A stretch of DNA of 64,000 nucleotides from Ginglymostoma cirratum (GCA_024137785.1 JAHRHZ010000055.1:10731257-10795256); one strand, 5' to 3'. Positions 35,939 to 49,200 are shown, counted from the stretch's first letter. Made by a program: numbers and translations. The notes: generated by a model not told the origin, from the sequence alone.

Positions 35939-36855
35939 AACACAGTAGTTTCACACAGGCTAACTAGGAAAGCAGAACTGACGTACCGTAGTACCAGCAT
36001 GAGCAGGAGAATCTACATACAGAGTGTTGTTTTCATATAGATTTTATTAGAAACATGAGTTTAATAAAAACAATTTTAAAAACTGGATGCACGCATAGAC
36101 CAAATATTTTAATGTACTGTAAGTATACAAATTGGCTTTAGTTTTTGATTAGCTTCAAGTAATAACATGGTAAATAGGAAAGTGAGAAAGAAACAATGAA
36201 GTAAAAACAAATCGGACTAAAAGTTAACAAATTAATGAGTGCCTAGATAGCAATGGTTTATAATTTGATGGCAGAATTTGATAAAAAGTCTGACCAAATC
36301 CGAAGGAATCCTTTTCACATCAGCGTGAAAGTATCCCATTCAACTAGATTTTGAATGAGCAAAGTTGTGAATGGGAGTGAGCATGCAGGTCTTTAATATT
36401 CTGTCAAGTTATTTCTGGCAATGACTCTCAAGCAGGACTTTTACTGGATACCAAATTTATGTGATTTATAGAAAAAGATAAGCCAGAATTCTAGATTTTA
36501 CACTAATAGTGCCAACAAATAAGAGGGTGAGTGGTTGGGATGTAGAATTAGGTGTACCTTGTTGATTGACAGGAATCAGAGAACACTCCCATCTGATTTT
36601 GTATTGAAGCAATTCACTAAGTGTGTATTTGGAAGTATATTCCTTCAGGGTAATCAAAATTACGCACTCCACAGCTGAACTGAGTGAAAGTTTTGACATT
36701 TTTACATGTTATATGCTTCATTAAACACTTGTTCATGGTTACACAAGCTTTATTTCTTTTCAATCCTGCAATCACAGCTGCATTATCTGTAATGAGCATT
36801 TCAAAAAATCTGTGTTAGTGCTGCTTTGTCCAATGGTCAAACATAAAGAAGGCAG

Positions 36856-37030
36856 GGATAGTAGGAACTGCAGATGCTGGAGAATCCGAGGTAACAAGGT
36901 GTAGAGTTGGATGAACACAGCAGGCCAAGCAGCATCAGAGGAGCAGGAAAGCTTGACGTTTCGGGCCTAGTCCCTTCATCAGAAATGGGGGAGGGCTTGG
37001 CCTGCTGTGTTCATCCAGCTCTACACCTCT
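36856..37030 (-). mobile_element. Family A pLTR with a hammerhead core plus a short inverted pLTR piece; 13-bp TSD
   Basis: TSD ataaagaaggcag at 36843-36855 and 37031-37043. Minus strand CTGATGA-A-GGGACTAGGCCC-GAAAC-GTC. Inverted piece gcttggcctgctgtgttcatccagctctacacct. Confidence 0.9.
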
Positions 37031-37210
37031 ATAAAGAAGGCAGTTTTTTTTTCATTTTAAAACAAGGAAAAAATATATTGTCCCAGTTGTAAGGACAGTT
37101 CAGTGGAACTAAACATGCACCACATTGGACTCAGCCTCATAATGATTCAGCAAGATGTTTCACTTTATCCATTAATGCCATTTTATTTAGGAATATTGGG
37201 TATGGTACTT

Positions 37211-37405
37211 AACAAAAACCGAAAGAACTGTGGATGGTGTGAATCAGGAACAAAGACAAGGCTGTTTGGCCTGCTGTGTTCATCCAGCTCTACACCTTGT
37301 TATAACAAAGACAAAGTTGCTGGAAAATCTCAGCAGGTCTGGCAGCATCTGTGAAGAAAAAAAGATTTAATGTTTCGGGTCCGGTGACCCTTCCTCAGAA
37401 CTGAA
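37211..37405 (-). mobile_element. Family B pLTR with hammerhead, containing a 44-bp family A insert
   Basis: Minus strand CTGAGGA-A-GGGTC-ACCG-GACCC-GAAAC-ATT at ~37366-37398. Insert 37260-37303 is flanked by aacaaagacaa at 37249-37259 and 37304-37314. Confidence 0.85.
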
Positions 37406-37559
37406 CACTTGGTGCTTAACACTATTTTACAAGACTGTGAATAGATACCATATATATGAGCATTGTTAATGCTGTTCAGTCACACCTTAAAAACCATTTC
37501 AGTTTCAAACTTTGGATTATCAATATTTATGGGGTAGAATGGCATTAAGAATTGACATG

Positions 37560-37745
37560 ATTGAGTCTTAAATGTCCTCTGAAGTCAACCAGTAAATCAT
37601 TTCAAACCAATTTCAAAGAACAGAAAAACAGAATGAGATACCATTTGACAGTACCTAGGCATCAGAAGGCACATCAAGCTCAGTTAAACCTGCAAATTCC
37701 TTCCTAAAACCTCTGTAAGTTGGGACAGCTGTCTCACATAGAGTG
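37560..37745 (+). mobile_element. Probable L2-type LINE 5'/ORF-start fragment
   Basis: ctcagttaaacctgcaaattccttcctaa...ttgggacagctgtctcacatag resembles, from my recall of the family, the start of the L2 endonuclease region. Confidence 0.4.
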
Positions 37746-38899
37746 GAATGTTACAGGAGTCAAAGTGACATTGGCTATGGTGAGATTTATGGCAGAATCG
37801 AATGAGAACTCCAGCGAGGCTGATTTTGATGTCAGGAAGATTTTGCTCCATCTTTTATGCTTTGCTCCCTGGTGGCGCAGCAAGTTTCTTGTCCAGCAGT
37901 GGCGAGTTGCCAGTTAAAGGGGATTGTTCCTTGATAAACACCTTGCTAATATTAATAATATTCACCTTTCTATCTTAAACTCACAAAGCAAGCTAGATGG
38001 TGAGAAATTTAAATGTGAAAACCTGAGCTGGTACGTGGTGGATTCAGCTCGTCACTTGCTCCAAGCAAATTCCATGTTGGACATCGGGCACCAATGGCAC
38101 ACTGACCATATACACCCCATGTCTGTGGACAATGGCATTCAACATGTGCAAGCCTTGAACAACCCTATGGCCCATCTTTGATCCAATGACAGGACAATTC
38201 CATGTGTCATTGCTGCAGTTCAGGCTGCACCAGTAACTGTTATTGTAGTACTGCTGCAAGGATGCTATGCACTCAGGGATACACACCCAGCTCATTGACT
38301 GGACGAGGCTGTGTCTCTATGTTCTTAACTCAGTGTCATTGCACTCCCTCAATCTGAGCCTACCTCAGTACTGGCAACATCCCTGCTTTGCATTGCCTTG
38401 TCTCGCTGCACATTGTCCCTTCAGCCAAAGGCTCATATTGCTTCTACCTTGCCATTAGCACAACAAAAAAAAAGCAAGAAGCTGGTCACGGCTGTCTGCA
38501 GCCCTCAGTCAAGCCAAAGGGGGCAGCTCAGGGAGTGCAAGCTTGGCCACAGTCAGTCAGAGTCAGGATCCTGTCCTCATAAAGTGGTGAGGAGCTGAGT
38601 ATCAGGCAGCCCATCACTGCCTTGACTCTTCCTGTGCTATTGTGGGCTGGTTTCCTCCTGGAATGAGAGAAAAGCAGGTATTAAGGAGTTAATAGTGGGT
38701 AGCACAGCTGTTAGTTTTCATGCAGTTGAGGAGGTGTCCCCAGCAAGTGATTAGGCAATGCTGAGGGGATGCAAGGTTAGTGCTGTAGGGGGTAGGGGCT
38801 GAATGACAGTGAGCGAATAAAGGTGCTGCAGACAATAGTGAGAATGGCACAGCATGAACCTTGGTGGGACATTTGGTAAACTAACGGAAATACAGTGAG

Positions 38900-39130
38900 C
38901 ACCAGAATGATGTCAGTGGCAATTATGGTGACAGGATGGAGAAAGTCAATGACCTTTATCCTACAGTGCTGGGCATTCTTCCAGTTGGCTGAGACTGCTT
39001 TAACGCAGGTGGTAACCTTGGACAAGGTTGGCATGGTCTGGTCTTGAGGGATGAGGAAGTCCTGCCTCTGCACTACCTTACTGAGGGCCGCAAATCCTTG
39101 CCCACACACTAGAGTGCCAGTTTTGCTTCA
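38900..39130 (-). pseudogene. Harbinger Myb/SANT-like (trihelix-type) DNA-binding gene remnant
   Basis: Minus ORF ...VVQRQDFLIPQD...VKAVSANWKNAQHCRIKVIDFL is a decayed VSAVS...RT..QCRKK.NDL motif, homologous to ~18000-18110. Confidence 0.6.
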
Positions 39131-39404
39131 TCTGCCACACCCAGGGGAAATGTCAGGACCAGGACGGCTCTAGTCAGACAGTGTTTGTACAGATGCACCA
39201 TGAGCTTTTAAAGACAGCATAGATGGAAGGGAATGCCAATAAATTCTGATATATTCATTGAGTGGTGAATTGTTCTGTGAGCAACATGTGGTAAGGTGGA
39301 ATCAGAATTGGATGGGAGAGATGCCATGGGGCAGGATGCGTAGTTAATGGGGTGAGATTGGTAAGATACAGCCAGATCTGAAAGTAGAAATCCTTCCAAA
39401 AAAC

Positions 39405-41030
39405 ATGACACAGAGTGTCATACAGCCATGCAGCACAGGCAAGGACCAATAGTCCATCAAGTCTGTGCTGAACAATCTACACTAATTCCACTTTACAGCA
39501 CTTGGCTTAAAACCTTGAATGTCATGACACTTCAGGTGCTCATCCAATTATTTTTTAAAGGTGTGAGGTTTCTCACCTCTACTACCCTCCGAAGCATTTG
39601 AGATTCCTACCACCCTCTGGGACAAAAAAGTTTTGCTTCAAATCCTCTGTAAACCTCCTGCCTTTCACCTTAAAATTATGCCCCTCATTACTGACCCTTC
39701 AACTAAGGGGTATAGCTGCTTCTTGTCCATGCCCCTCAATCTTATACACTTCAATCAGGAGCCATCTCAGCCTTCTCTGCTCTAAAGAAAATAACCCGAG
39801 TCTATCTAGTCTCTCTTCATGGCTCAAAAACCCCAAATCAGGCAACATCCTGGTCAATCTCCTCTGCACCCCCTCCAGTGCAATCACATCCTCTGAGAGA
39901 GTATTGTAACCAGAATTGCACACAGTATTTCAGTTGTGGCCTAACCAAAATTTTGTATAGCTCCAACATAACCTCCCTGCTCTTTTAATCCATGTTAATC
40001 AATAGATAAGGGCAGATGTCCCATATACCTTCTTAACCTTCCTATTAAACTGTCCTGCCACCTTCAGGTTACTCCAAGATGTCTCTGTCCCTTTGAGCTT
40101 CCCAGTGTTCTGCTATTCATAGAGTACTGTCTTGTCTTGTTCCTTCTTCCAAAGAACATACCTCACATTTTTCAGGGTCAAATTCCATCTTCCACCGATC
40201 TGACCAATCCATCTATATCCTTCTGTAACCTAACACCCTGCCCCTCACTGTCAGCCACCCAACTAATCTTTGTGTCATCTGCAAACTTACTTATCATGCC
40301 CCCCACATTCTCAGCCATGTCATTTTTTATAGATATCACCAACAAAAAGGGTCCCCGCACTGATCCTTGTGGTATGCCACTTGACACCAGGCTCTGGTCA
40401 CACAAACAGCCTTCTACCACCTCAACCATTAAGCTAACTTTGGATCCAACTTGCCAAGTTGCCCTAGATCCTATGTGCTTTTACCTTCTTTATCAATCTC
40501 CTGTGTGGGACATTGTCAAAGACTTTGCTGAATTCCATATAAACTACATCAACTGCACTACTCTCATCTACACACTCGGTCGCCTAAAATCCAATCAAAT
40601 TCGTTAGGCATGATGTACCACTGACACATCCATGGTGACTATCCCTGATTAAACCTTGCCTCGCCAAGAGGAAATTAATTCTCTCCTTCAGAATTTTCTC
40701 CAATACTTTCCCTAGCATTGATGTGTCTGTTTCCCTGGTTTATCTCTAACACCCTTCTTGAAGAGTGGAACCACATTAGCTATCCTCTAGTAACTCCTCA
40801 AAGCCAACGAGGAATTAAATGCTCAGGTCACAGCTCTTGAAATTTCATCCCATGCCTTCAACAGCAGTCTGGGATACAACTCCTCTGGACCTAGGGATTT
40901 GTCCACTTTTAAGCCCACCAAACCTTCAATACCTCCTCGTTCCTTATGTCAATCTGCTCAAGAACCTCACCGTTCCTCTCCCAAATTCTGTACCTACATC
41001 CTCGTCCTCCCAATTCAGATACAACTCGGA
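39405..41030 (-). mobile_element. CR1 LINE, RT to 3' end, nested between Harbinger remnants
   Basis: Minus ORFs VSSGIPQGSVRGPFL...ISKFADDTKI (40178-40429) and DVIALEGVQRRLTRMLP...ERLDRLGLFSLEQRRLR (39699-39923). Confidence 0.9.
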
Positions 41031-41129
41031 CTTGGCCAACAAAATATGTAAGTTTCAGCCCATTGTAACAGTATGACACAGGATAATTCTTTTACGTATT
41101 ACTATCATCCAATGGCCAACACTCCTGGT

Positions 41130-41580
41130 CTCTCAAACGGACCAGGTACTTGAGAATGCTCCAGGGTAAGCAGCTGCCAGGGTAGCAAGCACACACCTCT
41201 GGCATGTGAACACAGACCACTTGCACATTAAAATGAATGGAACCCATTCCTGTTGATGAATTGCCCAGAATTGTGAGACAGCCCTCTCAGTACTATGCAT
41301 GTGCGTTCAATGGCACACTGCGCTGGGAAGGACCCAACTATGTTCCTGAATCTTACAGTTGACCCAGTCATGGAGGAGCAAAATGAACTGGTGTGACCTT
41401 GCACAGATGGCATCGGTCACCATCCTGATGTATTTGTGGGTGCACGATTCAGAGATCTGCCAATCGCACAGAGAGGTTCAAAATGGCTGTCTGTTTCATT
41501 ACCATCACGATAGGTTGGCCTCCTACTCCAATATCCAACAAAGTTCAGTCACAGCATTCCCTGGAGCAACTCGCTCATCC
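41130..41580 (-). pseudogene. PIF/Harbinger DDE transposase remnant
   Basis: Minus-strand KYIRMVTDAICAR, AQCAIERTCIVLR...FINRNGFHSF, then NVQVVC...VCA.YPGSC. These are decayed GAIDCTH / NRKGFHSLNVQ / YPGSCHD motifs of the DDE_Tnp_4 (HARBI1-like) family. Confidence 0.8.
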
Positions 41581-42183
41581 CCAATAAATGGAGTATGGGC
41601 TCTGGGCCTTCTGTACACCAAACACAACTTGAAGGGCCCTGAGCTCTCATGCAGCTTGCTAGACACCAGCCTGCTGCTGCTCCTTAGCTTGCTATTGGCC
41701 CTGGTCCTCCTGTGTCTATTTTCCCTTTCTTAGGAAGGCAGCACAGCGACCAACATCCCACCAGCGACAGCCTGAGCTTCTGGATTACTCATCCAGTAAT
41801 ATTATCACTACACCAACATCTTACCCAAGAGTTATTTTGTGTGTTAGTGTCAGAGTGGTATTGATGATGACTGTTTTCTATGGACAGTTAGTATCTGAGA
41901 AATTAATGTATTGTTAACTAAAGACAATATATCAATGAAAAATTGTGTTGCTGAGTAACTTTGGTTAAAATACTCCATCGGTGTTGGCTATACTGCCAAA
42001 ATTTCCTTCCTAAACCTCTCTCCAAATGCATTGGAAAATATCCCTTCTCATTATTTGTTCTAATTAAGATTTCCTTACCTGGTTAACATTTTGTTTGACA
42101 ATGCTGCTGTGAAACACTTTACAACAAAAGGCTCCTCAAGAATTCAATTCTTATTGGTGTTCTTGCTGTTGAGGTCAATGGAG

Positions 42184-42380
42184 GCCATGATACGGAGGTG
42201 CCAGAGTTGGACTGGGGCGGACCAAGTCAAAAATCACATGACACCAGGTTATAGTCCAACAGGTTTACTTGAAGACATAAGCTTTCGGACTCTCACTCCT
42301 TCTTTGGGTGTCAAACTTGAAGAAGGAGCAAGACTCCGAAAACTTGCGTCTTCAAATAAACCTGTTGGACAATAACCTGA
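42184..42380. mobile_element. Family C fold-back pLTR/hammerhead mini-element with TSD
   Basis: TSD gtcaatggag at 42174-42183 and 42382-42391. Arms caggttatagtccaacaggttta...gctttcgga..ctccttc and gaaggagcaagactccgaaaac...taaacctgttggacaataacctg are inverted. Cores are degenerate. Confidence 0.82.
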
Positions 42381-43069
42381 AGTCAATGGAGATCAGGACT
42401 GAAGGGAACCTACTTTGGATGAAGTCAGAATTTGCACAAAAGGAAACTGATTAATGCTGTCGGAGGTTCCCATTCACAATACCCCGAAATGAAGCAGCCC
42501 ATCTCTGCTTGCAATAAGTCCCTGACAACATCTATACTTGGGCTGCTCAGTGACAAGTACCATTTGCACCGTAGACGTGTCAAAAATGAACATCTGCAGC
42601 AAGTGAGCAGAACCATATCCCTTTGATAATGTGATTGCCATCACTATCAAATTTAACACCATTGACCAGAATCCACACTGGGCCATTCACACAAATACCA
42701 TACCTCTCATCGCAGATTAGGAACAAAGTATTGTATTGCCAGTGTCTTATCACTTGGTTCCTGGTAGAGGTAGACAATCAAGTAAAATGTAGACCACACT
42801 CCCCAGAAAATCATCAGAAAAGCTGGTGGTAAGTATGTGATTATATATTATTATTCTCGCGTGAGGAATTAGAGTGTAATAACAACCCTTGTTAGTTTTG
42901 TGTGTTGGCATATGATCAGATAAAAGCTATCCCAAGCTACCTATTATCTATTTGCATGTAGGCTCACTTTCCTGACATTAAAGATCAAGCTTTATAATCA
43001 CCGTGTCAGTGATTGACAAAGTCAATCTCACCCCTTTAGATCAGGCAAACAAAATTTGAGAGCAGGGGA

Positions 43070-43438
43070 AAGAATAAAAGTTATTGCGGGAAGATCATTT
43101 GGCCCACTCATACTCACACCCTACCTTATCCCTGCAACCCCCATGGCTAATCCATCTAACCTACACATCCCCAGGCATTATGGGCAATTTAGCATGGCCA
43201 ATCCACCTAACCTGCACATCTTTGGGCTGTGGGATGAAAATAGAGCATGTGAAGGAAACCTACACAGGCAGAATGAGCCAGCTGAGGCTGGAATTGAACC
43301 CAGGTCCCTGGTCCTGTAGGCCCGAAATGTCAAGCTTTCCTGCTCCTATGATGCTGCTTGGCCTGCTGTGTTCATCCAGCTCCACATCTTGTTATCCCTG
43401 GTCCTGTAAGGTAGCAGTGCTAACCACTATGCCACCCC
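43070..43438 (-). mobile_element. HE1-like V-SINE with a nested 76-bp family A pLTR piece
   Basis: SINE head gcagtgctaaccactatgccaccc. Insert 43319-43394 is flanked by the 14-bp TSD tccctggtcctgta (43305-43318, 43395-43408). Confidence 0.85.
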
Positions 43439-44989
43439 TTTTACTGAGCATTTTACAGAGATTTTTCTAGGATGTTGCTGCTACAGTATCTGAATTGGAA
43501 GCCCAGAATTTGTGAAGCATTTCTCCAAGAAAATCCTTTTACACCAGCAAAATTAAGTCATGTTATTCCCGGTTCCACAATTAGAGAATCAAATTCGATG
43601 AATGCTGCAAGGTTAAAGTCAGTGAAATTTCAATGGGAAATGGAAGAATTTGAATTTCAGCCGGAGGACGATCAGAAGTGGAAAACCGGTTTGACACGAG
43701 TTTTCCAATTTACAAGCTTCACAGACAGTAACACAGTTACAAATATTTAGGTTCCAGAAGGAGGTTGTGTCATTGAAATTTTGGCTTGAGATAAATCGGC
43801 AATTGCACAGGAGAATGAAGCAAACAGGTGAACCAGCACCAGCTTCCCACAATTTAATTTCAACCCAGCAAATCAGAAGTTGCACAATTTGCGATCTTAG
43901 GGATGCAGTAATCTAGCTTTTAAAGTGATGCAGTTTTCATAAAGTATATCCTCCAACAGGCAAAATGCTCGGAGGCAAGAAATCAAGGCAAGCGAAAAAA
44001 TTCCTTGGAGGACCTGATCATTGAAAGGATGCCGTATTCTGAATGGGAGAGGGCGGCCTCTCCATTTATGCAGTTTTGTACTTTATTGTACTCGACTGAA
44101 CTAGTAAACTCTCATCTGATTCTTTGTTCCTGATAATAGGCAACAAATATTCAGTTCTGTCCTTGAAAAATATTTGAGAAGGATTAGTGCAACTAGAATG
44201 AGGAAAGATATTTGCAAATCTTTTCACAGCATGCATAAGGGAGAAATATTGCGCAGACCTCTCCAAGTTAAGCAGAGGTGGTTTCTATTCCCCGCCTTAA
44301 TATCTCTGAATCTTCCACAGATTCGCCTTCTCTTAAAGTGTTTTAGAGGAAGGTTTAAGAAGTGGGAAGTTGAAGGCCATGACCTCAGCCCAGCACAGCC
44401 TAATGCCCTCTATAACTGTTTCAAAAATTCCACTTCTTTTGCAGTTGCAAGCTGTTCATAGGCTAAGTAAAACAATAAACCAGTTTTCTCTTCACTAGGG
44501 CTGATAAGAGCAGGAGGTCAACATGCAATAGAGAAGCTTGGTTTGAGTTCTGACAGTTCTGACAGATGAGTTTGACTCCTATGGCTCTTTGTGCCTGTAA
44601 GGACGTTTTGCCAAGCAGCAGGCAGACATAGTGTTGGAATGCTTAGTAGGTTCTGAGAAATTCTGAAGGCCCAATTGAATAGGAGTTAAATTTAGCTTCT
44701 TAAAATGGAGGGTTCATGGCACCTTCAGCTTCAGCTTCAGAGCTGAATAGCACAAACCATTTTGCTCCTACATAGAAGGTCTGAATAATGAGTTAATCAG
44801 ACATTTAACCTTGTCAGAACATTGTTAATTTTATCGCATGGAAGTACACTACAATCCATGTCTGGATTTTTGCTATCTTAGTGAAGCTTGTGCCAACAGG
44901 GTGGATTTATAAAATTTCCTCTTGTATGTTATTGTTGCTAATTCTAGAGAAACCAGATCAGCAATCACATTTGCTTCATCTTGACTGTG

Positions 44990-45330
44990 ACTTATGTGCA
45001 CTGCAGCAACTCACAAAGGTTCTTTCAAGAACACATTCCAAACCTGAGACCTCTACCACTGAGAGGGACAAAAGAAGCATACTTATGAGAGTACCACCAC
45101 CTACACATTCTGCTCCAAGCCACACATCATCCTGACCTGCAACCACGTTGCCCTTCCTTCACTATCACTGGGTCAAAGCACTGGAACTCCCTTCATAAAA
45201 ACACTGAGTCTACCTACATAAGATAGGTTGCAGCGGTTCCAGAAGACATCTCACAACCACCTTCTCAAGAGCAACCGGGGATGGGTAGAAGATGCTGGTA
45301 TGGCCATCCCATAAATTATTGAAGAAATAA
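44990..45330 (+). mobile_element. L2-type LINE 3' fragment
   Basis: tgcactgcagcaactcacaaagg...gcagcggttccagaagacatctcacaaccaccttctcaag matches the L2 3' end at 25610-25880. Confidence 0.7.
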
Positions 45331-46299
45331 GGACCACCTCCATGATATTAAGCCTGCAGACAACAGATTAGAAAACAAATAAGAAACAGGGTCCAACTAG
45401 CTCAGTTGTTCAACTGTTAGATTGATTTTCACCATTGTTTTCTAAATCCAAATGTTCCCACTATTCTGGAATGATCATGAATAATAAAGGAAGGCCCCAA
45501 ATGCCAGCATAAGCTCCTCATTCAATTAAAAAAGAGACCAGCTGCACTTTATTCCTAAGGGATGGGAGATACCAGCACCAGCAGCTGCTTTCCTTCTTTA
45601 CCGAATAGATTTTAAATGTTGAAGGTGAACATTTATCAAGCAGCAATGACAACTGGCATGACCTGTTGTTACTGATAGAACCCTTAGCTAATCAGTACTC
45701 ATGAATTAAGGTGCCATGAGGTTTAGGACTTGGGATTCTATCCTAAACTGCAGAGAGACTACTTCCTCAGACTTTACCATCTCCAGTTTCAGTCTGCTGT
45801 TTCTTGGTCTTTGCCTTACTTAAGAGGTAATATTGTCTAACTCCCAAGAGTTCAGGCAAACTATTTTAATTGCATACTATTATTCATAATACTGATCTCT
45901 GTAATAGAGCTCCTCACTTCCGATTATTCCACCCTTTCTTCTCAGAGTTCCAATAGCATGTGATTGCTGAGCATGAAAGACAAGCTACTAAAAATTAGTC
46001 AATTGAACTTTGATGGTTTGGAAAATTCTGGATGCAATAACTTGAATAAAAGTAATAGCCATATGGACAAATTGTGGGTTAATTAAAGGGAGCCTGCACA
46101 GATTTATTAAAGGAAACTCACTTTCTACTAACTTATTGAAGTTTCTTCCAAGGGGTATCAAAGGATTGTTCAAAGAAACGCAATTTATATTGTATATATT
46201 GACATCCAGAATACATAAAAGAAGGAATAGTAAAAAGCAAAAACGTAGTCAGGATAATCAAGGGTTAGGTGCAAATAGGGCAAGAGTACAAAATAAAAG

Positions 46300-49200
46300 T
46301 TAGGATGATTAAAAATGCAAAAATGCAAGCCTAAGGGCTTTGCATCTTAATACACAAAGCATTCAGAATAAGGTAGATGAACCAATGGTAAATGGATATG
46401 ATCTTGTAGCCATGATAGAGATAAGGTTACAAGGAAACCAGGACTGGGAATTTAACATTAGGGATATGCAACCTTTCAGAAAGACGGGAAGGAAGGAAAG
46501 GGTGGTGGGGTTGTACTGTTAATAACAGATGAAATGAGGATGGTTATGAGAGATGATCTGGGCTTAGATGACGTACAGTCCGGGTGGAGGTACATAACAG
46601 CAAGTGAAAGAAGGCATTGATAGGAGTTGTGTAAAGACTCAAACAGTAGCCATACTGAAGGAAAGGATATAAATCTACAAATAATATCAGCACGCAAATT
46701 GAATACAGAGCAATAGTCATTTGTGACTTTAATCTTCATGGTTGTTGGGTCGATCGAGTTGAGAAAGGTTGCTACGATGACAAGTTCATGAAAAGCATTT
46801 GAGATAGTTTCCTAGAACAATACTTCATGGAGCTGACCGGGGACCAGGCTATCCTGGATCTAGTAATATATAATAAGGCACGTTTAATAAATGACCTCAA
46901 AGTAAAAGATCACGTAGGAAGGAGTGATCAGTACATGATAGAATTTAATATTCAGTCTGAGTGCGAGAAACTTAGGTCAAACTTTAATAAAGGGAATTAC
47001 AATGAAATGAGGATAGAGTTAGTTCATATGGACTGGGCAGACAGATTAGCAGGAAAGGCAGTAAGTAAGCAGTAGTAGACATTTAAGGAGGCAATTCATG
47101 ACTCTCAGCAAAAAATGTATTCAAGTGAGGAGGAAAGATTCTATAAGAAGGATAACCGTGGAGGTTAAGGAGAATATAAAGTTGAAGGAAAAATCATATA
47201 GGAGGACAAAAGTCAGTGATAGCCCTGAAGACTGGGATAATTTCAGAATCCAGCAAAGGAGGATGAAAAGGATAATAAAAAGTAAGAAAATAAATTACAA
47301 GGACAAACGATCAAAGAATATACAAACTGACAATAAGAGGTTCCTTAAATATATAAAAAGGAAAAGTGAAGTTGAAGTGAATGCAGTCCCCTTAGAAAAT
47401 GAATATGGGAAGATTGTTATGGGGAACAAGGAAATGACAGAGGAGTTAAATAAATATTTTGCATCAGTGGAAAATACTTTGAACATCCCATTAATACTAA
47501 AGAAAACCAAGGAGGATTTAAGTACCATCACTCCCACTAAAGAAGTAGTATTAAACAAACCAACAGAACTAAAGGCAGATAAATACCCTCGTCCTGATGG
47601 CTTGTATCCTCAGATCCTAAAATAAATAGCTACAGAGATAGTGGCTGCAATGGTCGTAATTTTCCAAATATCCTTGGATTCTGGAGAGGTCCTGGAGGAT
47701 TAGAAAACCTAATGTGACACCCCTATTTAAAAAAAGAGGTAACTACAGATTAGCCCAATATTATTTTATTGGAAAAATGTTGGAATCAATTATTAAGGAA
47801 GTAATAGCACCTCATATGGACAATCATAGTCTAATCAAGCAGAGTCAGCATGGCTTCGTGAAAGGGAAACTTTGTCTAATTTTTTAACATTTTTCAACAA
47901 GTCACAACCAGAGTGGATAGAGGGGAAGCAGTAAACATGTTGTGTTTGTCCTTCCAAAAGGCACTCGACAAGGTACCTCACAAAAAGGTTAAATCATAAG
48001 ATAGGAGCCAACAGTGTTGGAGGTACCACCTTGGCATAGATAGAGAACTGGCTAATGGGCAGGAGTGGTGATGGCATCTGGAAATTGGCAGTTGTTGGTA
48101 TTAAGTAATGAGTCTGTTCCAGTGATGCTGTCATCATGGGAGATGCGGGTGTAGAGTGCCGAAAAACACACAATTTGTAGACACAGTCAGTCAATGGGGC
48201 ATTCCTGATTTGGAAATAAACCAGTATCACTCCAAGTTAAAACACAGCTTCTAAACAAGGCCTCACACCTAAAATGCATTGTCTGACCTGAGATGTCACC
48301 TCCGGTATACACTGATAAAACCTTTACTTATCTCAGGGCAGTGACCTGAAAGAAATTCTTGGATTTGCATTTTAATCAATTGAACTTGCATCTCCTTTCT
48401 AACTGATCAAAGATTTAACAGGAGTGAGTCAACCAGCCATTTTAGGTTTATTCAATACATTTGCATCAGTCGTATGATCTGTAGATCTTTTACTTATAAA
48501 TTATGAGTCTTGATGCCTCTTTCACTACACCTGAGGAAGGAGCAATGCTTAGAAAGCCAGTGTTTTCAAATAAACCTGTTGGACTATAACGTAGTGTCAT
48601 GTATTTTTGACTTTAATGGGCAGGAAACAGTGAGTAAGGATAAAAGGTTCCTTTTTGGGTAGGTAACCCATGATAAGCAGGGTTCTAAAGGAATCAGAGC
48701 TGAGACTGCAACTGTTTACAATATATATTAATGACTTGAAGGAAGGAAGCAAATGTCCTGTAACCACATTTGCAGATGACACAAAAATAGGTGGAAAGGC
48801 TACTTGCAAGGGGCATACAAACAGTATACAGAGAGATATAGATAGGGTAAGATAGTGGACAAAAAGTTGGCACATGAAATATAATTTGGGAAAATGTGCA
48901 GTTGTTCATTTTGGAAGGGAGCACAAATGTCCAGGCCATTACTTAAGAGGAGAAAAACTGCAAAAAGCTGCCACACAAAGGGAATTGGGGATACTTGTTG
49001 TTCATGCCGTATGAAAACTGACACAGCAGGTAATTAGGAAGGCTAATGGACTATTGGCCCTTTTCCAAGGGGGTTGAAACAGAACTGACACTCAGTTGCA
49101 ACTGTTCTCCTCGGAGAAGAGAAGGTCTGGTAGAAGTATTCAAAATCATGAGAATTCTGGTCAGGGTAAGTAGGAAGAAAATGTTCCCACTCATGAAAAG

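Noticed and set aside
41130-41580. Domesticated HARBI1 gene
   Set aside because: Catalytic motifs are decayed and frameshifted with internal deletions; this is a transposon fossil.
6918-43438. tRNA genes at the A/B-box motifs
   Set aside because: All are SINE heads continuing into SINE bodies and LINE-type tails; none forms a complete cloverleaf that I can see.
43472-44070. 92-aa ORF and a possible further Harbinger Myb remnant
   Set aside because: No recognisable domain or splice context, and the similarity is too weak to support by eye.
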